From contig CAZDTP010000037.1 in NCBI GenBank assembly GCA_964508365.1, forward strand, positions 1-39,642: DNA of 39,642 nt, written 5' to 3'. The position numbers and the translations under genes are program-made. Below are positions 26,966-34,192 of the stretch, piece after piece. The notes below the pieces were generated by a model. That model did no database searches. It was not told the DNA's origin and saw only the letters and a list, made by a program, of their open reading frames with translations. This DNA is from an uncultured archaeon (lineage in GTDB: Archaea; Asgardarchaeota; Lokiarchaeia; Sigyniarchaeales; SOKP01). Position 1 is the stretch's first letter; every line of letters starts with the position of its first letter.

Positions 26966-29211
26966 TGACGAAAGTAAAATTAAACGGAGAAGAAGTAAGC
27001 GTTGAAATGACAAGGGATGAATTCGAAAAGGTTAAGGAGCTTTTAAATAGAGATCCTACGATAACAGAACTGGGAGGGTTTGATGTGATGTGGAGCGAAC
27101 ATTGTTCGTATAAGTCTTCTCGTCCGAGACTTAAACTGTTTGAAGATGCTGAGGCGAATTACGACTATGTGTTAGCAGGTCCCGGAGAAGATGCGGGCGT
27201 AATTGATATAGGGGATGGATACGCATTAGCATTTCGTATTGAATCTCACAATCATCCATCAGCAATAGAACCCTATCATGGTGCTGCTACAGGGATTGGT
27301 GGAATTATCCGTGATGTTCTATGTATGGGCGTTCGACCAATTGCCCTGCTCGATCCCTTGAGGTTTGGCCGTCTAGCGGGTAATTCACACTCTCAATGGT
27401 TATTTAAATATGTAGTTAAAGGAATTGCTGATTATGGTAACTGTACTGGCATTCCTACGATTGGTGGTGAAGTTGAATTTGACGATAGTTTTAAACATAA
27501 TTGTTTAGTCAATGTCGCATGCATAGGTTTAGGCACAATAGAAGATTTTAAACACGCACCAAGTAGAGCATATAACCCTGGTGATTATATCATCTTAATG
27601 GGAGGTTCTACAGGGAGAGATGGAATTCATGGAGTAACTTTTGCTTCTCGAACTCTCACTGAAATGTCCGAAGCTGATAGACCCGCAGTACAAATTGGTG
27701 ATCCTTTTACTAAAAAGATGATAATCGAAGCTACTTTAGAAGCTGTGAAAACTGGATTTGTAAGAGGTTTAAAAGATTTAGGAGGAGGAGGTCTCACTTG
27801 CGCAACTAGTGAATTGACTGGAGATGGTAATACTGGAGCAAAAATAAATCTAAGAGAAGTTTTTACAGCAGAACCAGGTATGACTTCATACGAAATAATG
27901 CTGTCTGAATCTCAAGAACGAATGGCATTTATTGTGAAACCAGAAGGATTAGAAACTGTTCTTAATGTGTTTAGAAAGTATGAAATGGCTTTCGCAGTAA
28001 TAGGGAAAACGGACGATTCAAAAGTATTGAAAATTTTTGATGGAGAGAAACTTGTAGTAAATATCCCTGCAAAAGCACTTTCTGAATCTCCAACATTTAA
28101 AAGGAAAGAAAAGCGACCTGAGTATTTAGATCAATTACTCGCTCAACCTACTCCCAAACCAAACAAACAAATCGGAGAAATAATAGAAATATTGATTGCT
28201 TCCGAAAATATTTGTAGTAAAGAATGGATTTATCGCCAATATGATCACGAAGTCGGTGTAAGATCAGTGGTAAAATGTGGAAATGGAGATTCGGGAGTGT
28301 TAAGAGTAATAGGAACAAATAAATTTATAGCTTCGAGTGTAGGCGTAAATTCTAAACATTGTTATCTAGACCCTTACGAAGGAGCTAAAGGAGGACTAGT
28401 AGAAGTATGCGGAAATGTCATTGCTAATGGAGCGAAACCCATGGCGATGGTTAATTGCTGTAACTTTGGCAATCCAGAGATACCGGAATCGTTCTGGTAT
28501 TTTTCTCAAGCTGTAGAAGGAATGAACGATTTTTGTAGATCTTTAAAAATACCGATAGTAGGAGGGAATGTTTCTTTTTATAACGAGGATGAAGTTACTA
28601 AAACGGCAATCAAAGCGACACCTCAGATTATGATTGTTGGATTAATTGATGGTTATAACAACATAATCACATTACCCTTTAAAACGGCAGGAAATGACAT
28701 CCTTATTCTTGGTGAAACAGAGGCTGAACTTGGCGGTTCAGAATATCATTCGGTGATACATAGACTTGAAGGTGGGATTCCCCCTAAAGTTGATGAGGAT
28801 AAGATACGAGCTAGATGGAATTTCATATCAGCATTATACGATAGAAATTTAATTAAGGCGAACCACGATGTAAATAAAGGGGGCTTTATTGTAACTATTG
28901 CTGAAATGTGCTTTAAGAACAAGCTAGGAGCGCATTTAGATTTGAGTAGCTACAATGCTAATGGTTTAAGAGATGATGAGTTGCTTTTTAGTGAAACCGT
29001 TGGCAGATTCGTTTTAGAAACTGAATCGACAAGGTTAAATGAGATTATGCTTCTCGCGACTAAATTTAGAATTAAAGTAACAAAATTAGGGGTTATACTC
29101 AATCAGCCAAAGATCATAATAAAAGGTTTGGAAAATCAAGATATATCTCTAGATATTGACAAATTAAAGGATTTATACGATTCAACAATACCTAATCTTA
29201 TGGAAATGTAA
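26965..29211 (+). CDS. purL: FGAM synthase subunit PurL (small type)
   Basis: WSEHCSYKSS, GPGEDAGV, ESHNHPS, GAATGIGGIIRD, TGRDGIHG, DLGGGG, SESQERM, QYDHEV, GGNVSFYN; 1-nt overlap with purQ and GGAGG at 26952. Confidence 0.97.
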   Translation: MTKVKLNGEEVSVEMTRDEFEKVKELLNRDPTITELGGFDVMWSEHCSYKSSRPRLKLFEDAEANYDYVLAGPGEDAGVIDIGDGYALAFRIESHNHPSAIEPYHGAATGIGGIIRDVLCMGVRPIALLDPLRFGRLAGNSHSQWLFKYVVKGIADYGNCTGIPTIGGEVEFDDSFKHNCLVNVACIGLGTIEDFKHAPSRAYNPGDYIILMGGSTGRDGIHGVTFASRTLTEMSEADRPAVQIGDPFTKKMIIEATLEAVKTGFVRGLKDLGGGGLTCATSELTGDGNTGAKINLREVFTAEPGMTSYEIMLSESQERMAFIVKPEGLETVLNVFRKYEMAFAVIGKTDDSKVLKIFDGEKLVVNIPAKALSESPTFKRKEKRPEYLDQLLAQPTPKPNKQIGEIIEILIASENICSKEWIYRQYDHEVGVRSVVKCGNGDSGVLRVIGTNKFIASSVGVNSKHCYLDPYEGAKGGLVEVCGNVIANGAKPMAMVNCCNFGNPEIPESFWYFSQAVEGMNDFCRSLKIPIVGGNVSFYNEDEVTKTAIKATPQIMIVGLIDGYNNIITLPFKTAGNDILILGETEAELGGSEYHSVIHRLEGGIPPKVDEDKIRARWNFISALYDRNLIKANHDVNKGGFIVTIAEMCFKNKLGAHLDLSSYNANGLRDDELLFSETVGRFVLETESTRLNEIMLLATKFRIKVTKLGVILNQPKIIIKGLENQDISLDIDKLKDLYDSTIPNLMEM

Positions 29212-29392
29212 AGCAAAATATGTCTATTTCAATGAAATTCTAATTGAACCTGAACCTTTTTTTTGTTGAAATACCATAGGGCGTTGATATTTGTCCTAAT
29301 ATCACGAACTTGAAAAAAAAATAATCGAAATTTAGATATATTCGAAGTTCTTCCTATTTATTAAGAAAATATATATTGTTTTAGGAAAAATT

Positions 29393-29611
29393 ATGAGAGC
29401 TCGAGCATGTATTAAATGTAAGCAATATGTGATAATCCATGCTAATAATCCTTTAAATCAGAATATAATAGAGGATTTTGAGAGAAAGCATCACTTACAT
29501 ACTTTAATTACCATAAATCTTGAAGAAATAAAGGATGAATATCAAATAACAAAAAACAACGGGTCAAAAGATTCTTCCGACGAAACTAATAATTCTAAAG
29601 ATACTTTTTAA
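29393..29611 (+). CDS. Small putative zinc-binding protein
   Basis: 72 aa; CIKC near the N-terminus and HHLH about 25 residues later. Confidence 0.65.
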   Translation: MRARACIKCKQYVIIHANNPLNQNIIEDFERKHHLHTLITINLEEIKDEYQITKNNGSKDSSDETNNSKDTF

Positions 29612-29682
29612 AAATTATATTAGATTTTTAAAAACGATCATCTGATTTTAAAATTTATTCAATTTTAGGAGCAAAAATTATT

Positions 29683-30459
29683 TTATAATAGCTCAGTTAA
29701 AGAACTAAAAGAATCTATAACTTTATGTGGGATAATACTTCCTTCTGATGAATTGAAGAATTGCCCTTTACCCGTTTTTACAAGGATTCCTCTAAGATTA
29801 GCATTTTGAGCACCTAAAATATCTGTTTCAATATCGTCCCCGACAACAATTATATCATCAGCGGATAAATTGAGTTTTTTTAAAGCTTGAAGAAAATACT
29901 CTTTAGAGGGTTTACCAAAAATCATAGGTTCAACATTAGCAGCATTTGCTATCATACGGACAAAAGATCCGGTATCAATAACAGGCTCTCCAAAAACATC
30001 AAGATAATATTTATTACCTTGTGTCCCAAGTAATATAGCGTTGTGCTTTATAACATGTTTAAAAGCTTCGTTGAGCCTGTTAACATCCCAATTGTCCCGG
30101 AAATCACCAACAATAACGTAATCTGGAACTTCTGATCCTTTAACATGATGAAATTCTTGAAATTCTTCTTTAACTTCTTCTGTTGTCACTAAATACAATT
30201 TTGCTTGTGTTTTATCTGCAAGGAATTCTTTTAAAGCAATAATTGGAGTAAATATCTCCTCCTCTTTTACTTTAAAGCCATATTCTATGAGCGATTTGTA
30301 TACATTTTTTGGGGTTTTACTATCGGTGTTAGTAAAAAATAGCAATTTTATACCTTTTTCACGCAGAATTTCAACAGCTTCGATGGTTCCTAGAACTGGA
30401 GCACATTTGAAATAGAGAGTTCCATCGATATCTGATAAAATACCCTTAAATGTCATCAA
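29683..30459 (-). CDS. HAD-superfamily subfamily IIA hydrolase (LHPP/HDHD2/NagD-like)
   Basis: DIDGTL, FTN, GKPS, VGDDIETDILGA, VKTGK; likely start ATG 30456 with AGGTGA at 30471-30466. Confidence 0.9.
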   Translation of the reverse strand: MMTFKGILSDIDGTLYFKCAPVLGTIEAVEILREKGIKLLFFTNTDSKTPKNVYKSLIEYGFKVKEEEIFTPIIALKEFLADKTQAKLYLVTTEEVKEEFQEFHHVKGSEVPDYVIVGDFRDNWDVNRLNEAFKHVIKHNAILLGTQGNKYYLDVFGEPVIDTGSFVRMIANAANVEPMIFGKPSKEYFLQALKKLNLSADDIIVVGDDIETDILGAQNANLRGILVKTGKGQFFNSSEGSIIPHKVIDSFSSLTELL

Positions 30460-30937
30460 TTAATTTCACCTATCAATATTTAAAGATATTGAAATTAAAT
30501 AAAAGTTCTTAAATAATTATTAAAAGAGAGGGAAAAAAAGAAGGTATATAGGTGTAATTTCAAACTTTTCAAGTAATAGTAGAGGAGCGGATAATTTCTA
30601 ACTTTTTTTGTTTAGAAGTCTTTAAATCATCACCTACTAACTTAGTATATTGTGGGAATTAAATCCCATGTAATTAGTATAACTGTGTCTATATAAATTT
30701 ATCGTTCGAATTATATAAATTTCAGAAAACGTTACCAAATACTTTATATGTACCTCCCATATCTAGAAATACTAAACAATAATGATAATAATGTATAAAT
30801 TCTTGAACGTTTTAAAATTAAATTTGCTTTTATAATTACGAATTTAACATTTATTCAATTCTCGATTATACATATAGAAAACCCATTTTATTAGTGCATA
30901 TAAATATATTTATAATATTATAGCCAAATAAATTATA

Positions 30938-31504
30938 ATGAAAATTGCGATTGATATTGACGGTGTCTTATTAGATATCATTATTACATATTGTGAAATT
31001 TTTAATAGGAGATATGGAACTAACTACAAAAAGAATGATGTTATCAAGTGGGATTTTTTTAACGATTGGAATATTGATGAAGAAACAGGTTTCAAAATAT
31101 TTTATGAAATCTATGCAGATTCTCGAAACGTTCCTTTTATTGATGATGATGCTCCGAAAATCATGAAAAGATTAAATGAACTCTATGATGTTGACATCGT
31201 TTCAGCGCGATTACCTGAATATCGTTCTTCAATCGTGGAAAAATTAAATTTTCATAATGTGAGAGAAGGAATTCAGTATATTGAACTAATTTTGTTACAT
31301 CATAAACCTTACGATGTTAAATTGAAGCAAAATTACGATATTTATGTTGATGATAACCCAAACTTGGTTGAACCGATTAAAAAGTTGGAAAGTAGGACGC
31401 TATTACTTTTTGACCAACCTTGGAACCAAAACTCAGTGTGCGAAGATAATGTTCATAGGGTTTATAATTGGGAGGAAGTAGAAAAAAAAATCTTTGATTT
31501 ATAA
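30938..31504 (+). CDS. HAD-family 5'(3')-deoxyribonucleotidase-like phosphatase
   Basis: DIDGVL motif I, VSAR motif II, YVDDNP motif IV, LFDQPWN. Confidence 0.82.
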   Translation: MKIAIDIDGVLLDIIITYCEIFNRRYGTNYKKNDVIKWDFFNDWNIDEETGFKIFYEIYADSRNVPFIDDDAPKIMKRLNELYDVDIVSARLPEYRSSIVEKLNFHNVREGIQYIELILLHHKPYDVKLKQNYDIYVDDNPNLVEPIKKLESRTLLLFDQPWNQNSVCEDNVHRVYNWEEVEKKIFDL

Positions 31505-31531
31505 GGTATGATTATAATCAATTAAAATCGT

Positions 31532-32374
31532 CTACCCTTTAGCGTAGGTATCAAGAGCATAGAATTGGTCTAAATGTTGCGTAACTTCTTTCCCATACTC
31601 CATTTTTAAATTTGATTCACTTTCTCTTTCAGTTAGATTAACGAGATCAAAGATTTTACTAGGGAAACTTGAATGCTTTGGTACAATGATATGATTCGCT
31701 CCAAGTTTTATTCCCTCATTTATAAGATATACCGCGGTATCGATGTTTTTAGATATAACAGGTCCTAATCTTGAACTTGAGATGAGAGCAAAACCTTCTT
31801 TATCAACTACAATTAGGATCGAGCCGTGATTAATTTTTAGTTGTAAAAATTCGGATCTGTCAAAACCTATCGTATTTTTATCAATTAATGCAGCCCAATT
31901 AGGAAAAATATAAGTACGATTAATTTTTTTATTAGTTTTTTGTAAGCTTAATGGCTTATTTGGCAAATTGTAAACACTAGTAACATATTTACTTTGAAAC
32001 CCAAATTTATGATATATTGGTTCACCTAATTCTGAAGCATATAACATGAAAGTTTTACAACCTTTCAATTTGCCTATTTTTACTAAATTATTAAATATAG
32101 AAGTACCTAATCCTTGGCGCCTAAATTCTGAAAGAACTGCCATATATCCAATAGAACAAACATCCCCGAAAAAAAATATGCCCCCTAATCCGATAATTTT
32201 ACCATTCTCCTCAGCAACTTGGAACTTTGCAATATTTACATCTATTAAACTTGTTAGCAACTTTTCTTGGTTTTTAAGATCGGGGGGAATCGCACGATTA
32301 AAAGATCTGTAAAGAACTGTTAGAGATTCATTGAGCTCACTCGCCTCTGGTTCTCTAATTAGAAAAGGTGGCAT
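31532..32374 (-). CDS. GNAT-family N-acetyltransferase (two-domain, YitH-like)
   Basis: V...FRRQGLG acetyl-CoA motif, ASELGEPIYHKFGF, second domain with D...IGFDRS and RLGPV. Confidence 0.85.
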   Translation of the reverse strand: MPPFLIREPEASELNESLTVLYRSFNRAIPPDLKNQEKLLTSLIDVNIAKFQVAEENGKIIGLGGIFFFGDVCSIGYMAVLSEFRRQGLGTSIFNNLVKIGKLKGCKTFMLYASELGEPIYHKFGFQSKYVTSVYNLPNKPLSLQKTNKKINRTYIFPNWAALIDKNTIGFDRSEFLQLKINHGSILIVVDKEGFALISSSRLGPVISKNIDTAVYLINEGIKLGANHIIVPKHSSFPSKIFDLVNLTERESESNLKMEYGKEVTQHLDQFYALDTYAKG

Positions 32375-32610
32375 TATATCCTAATAAAAATAGCGAATAA
32401 TGAAATATAAAAATTATTTTTATTATTTTTTATAAGTTTATATCAGAAAACATGAAATAAAGAAAATAAAGTCATGAATCTCTAATTTATTTTTGATTTT
32501 CATATATTTTGCTTTAAAAGTAAAATAAGTATATGAGCGGGATTTTATATCCATTTTAGTTATTATAGTAAGATTTTTTTTTTATAATGCTGCTAAAATG
32601 CGACTTCGTT

Positions 32611-32684
32611 TTTCGATATATTTATTAAGGTGTTTTTTCTTATATATAATATATATGAAATCGAATATATCGATTTCGATATAT
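32611..32684. promoter_or_regulatory. Palindromic operator candidate upstream of the PadR gene
   Basis: GAAATCGA-N5-TCGATTTC (32657-32677) overlapping ATATATCGA-TT-TCGATATAT (32665-32684); extra TTTCGATATA at 32611-32620; AGGTGA RBS at 32685-32690. Confidence 0.65.
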
Positions 32685-32700
32685 AGGTGAAAATTAAAAA

Positions 32701-33357
32701 ATGTTTTTTGGCAAACGATTTAGCGGTCACGAAGGTGGGATATTCTCTGGTTTAGATATTCTAGTACTTTCAATAATTGAAAACTACGACGGTATCTCTG
32801 GATATGATCTCGCTAGAAGCATCAACGAAAAATTCAACAAACTTTGGCATGCTTCCCCTGGTACAATTTATCCTTTACTAAACAGATTAGCTAAGAGAGG
32901 CTTTATTGAAATGGAAGTATTAATCAAAAACAATCGAAATATCAAATTGTATCGAATAACAGAGTCAGGACAAAAACGATTAAAGGAAGTTCTTAAGAAT
33001 AATTTAGAGCCAAGCATAAATACTCTTGGAGAATATCTTAGAACGATAGTGCAGACTTGGATTCCAAACGAAGATAGCATAACTAGTATGATGTCTTGCT
33101 TTCCTTATCACCGAGAGCATTCACATAGAATCATAGATGAGGAAGATTATTCTATAACGAACATTGAACGCGTAAAAAGAATATTAGGTGAATTGAATTT
33201 TTCTAAAAGCAGGATATCTAAAAGAATGGATCATATCGATAAGAGAATCTCTCATTTTGAAGTATTATTAAGCGATTTGAAAAGTAAGCGAGAAGAGAAT
33301 ACAAAAACGATAGAAGTTGTCGACGATGACGAATATGAGGATTCCAAAAAATCTTAA
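32701..33357 (+). CDS. PadR-family transcriptional regulator
   Basis: ILVLSII...GYDL, SPGTIYPLL.RL.K.GFI, KLYRITESG, followed by C-terminal helical dimerisation region. Confidence 0.9.
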   Translation: MFFGKRFSGHEGGIFSGLDILVLSIIENYDGISGYDLARSINEKFNKLWHASPGTIYPLLNRLAKRGFIEMEVLIKNNRNIKLYRITESGQKRLKEVLKNNLEPSINTLGEYLRTIVQTWIPNEDSITSMMSCFPYHREHSHRIIDEEDYSITNIERVKRILGELNFSKSRISKRMDHIDKRISHFEVLLSDLKSKREENTKTIEVVDDDEYEDSKKS

Positions 33358-33406
33358 TTTTCACCAAAAAAAAATTAAAAAAATTAAAGAAAAGAGGTAA
33401 AATGTA

Positions 33407-33910
33407 ATGTGTGATGACAAACATTATGGACCAAGGCAAACACATGGTTCTATGCCATTTAATCCAAGGGACATGCATGGTTGTATGCCATTTAATCCAA
33501 GGGACATAGCAAAAATGAAACGAATGGCTCACCAGTTTATGGGAGGTTTCATGGGTGATTATATTCACCACAATCTGGAAGATCTAGGAAGTGAATATTT
33601 AATAACAGTGCCATTACCCGGTCGTACTAAAGATGATGTTACCGTATCTCTTATTAATAAACATCTGAACATTAAAGCAAATAAGCCAAAAGTGCCTGAA
33701 CATGAAAGAACCACCAAAGAACCTAAAAAACAAGGATTTCCATTTATGTTTAAAGGTTTTAGGTTTATAGATGTAAACATGGATGTTCCACTTCCTGCTG
33801 ATGCTGATGAAAATAAGATAATATCTAAAATGACAAACGGTCTTTTAAGGGTTATAATCGGAAAGAAGCCTGCTAAACCCATAGATATTAGTGAAGAACC
33901 AAATAATTAG
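33407..33910 (+). CDS. Small heat-shock protein (Hsp20/alpha-crystallin family)
   Basis: YLITVPLPG..KDDV.V, L.IKA, VPLP..AD...I.SKMTNGLL.V alpha-crystallin pattern; GAGGT RBS at 33394. Confidence 0.85.
   Translation: MCDDKHYGPRQTHGSMPFNPRDMHGCMPFNPRDIAKMKRMAHQFMGGFMGDYIHHNLEDLGSEYLITVPLPGRTKDDVTVSLINKHLNIKANKPKVPEHERTTKEPKKQGFPFMFKGFRFIDVNMDVPLPADADENKIISKMTNGLLRVIIGKKPAKPIDISEEPNN
33443..33507 (+). repeat. 33-bp-period tandem duplication in the Hsp20 N-terminus
   Basis: CATGGTTCTATGCCATTTAATCCAAGGGACAT (33443-33474) and CATGGTTGTATGCCATTTAATCCAAGGGACAT (33476-33507), one mismatch; HGSMPFNPRDM / HGCMPFNPRDI. Confidence 0.95.
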
Positions 33911-33934
33911 AGCATAAATTTAAATTGAAAAGGC

Positions 33935-34033
33935 GGAGCACTTTAGAATTTATTACTTATCGACTCGGAGAGAGTTCTAAAGTATTAGTATAACTCTAAA
34001 GCACTCCAATTATTAATATTTTTTTTCTTTTTT
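33935..34033. other. Nested inverted repeats followed by oligo-T tract downstream of hsp20 (structured RNA or terminator candidate)
   Basis: 33935-33950 pairs imperfectly with 33992-34007; 33940-33950 pairs with 33973-33983; T-rich tract 34019-34033. Confidence 0.5.
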
Positions 34034-34192
34034 ATTCTTGTTTAATATTTTATAACTTAATTTTGCACTGTTTTTTAGCAGTTATTTTATTTATTTAAAT
34101 CGTTTGTAATATTTTTGGTTGATTTTTACTTAAAATTTATAATTTTAAAAGTTTAACTATAACTAAATAAATCAAATTTACTCATAGAAATT

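Noticed and set aside
30460-30937. 477-bp intergenic region between divergent HAD genes as possible ncRNA or small gene
   Set aside because: No GC-enriched stem, repeat or credible ORF visible; consistent with two promoters
33402-33409. ATG-TAA start-stop element overlapping the hsp20 start (ATGTAATG)
   Set aside because: The GAGGT site is 8 nt from the real ATG and only 3 nt from the first ATG, so a regulatory role is unsupported
33935-34007. SECIS interpretation of the stem-loop
   Set aside because: No in-frame TGA with downstream homology in hsp20, padR or other genes here, and no AUGA/GA core in the stem
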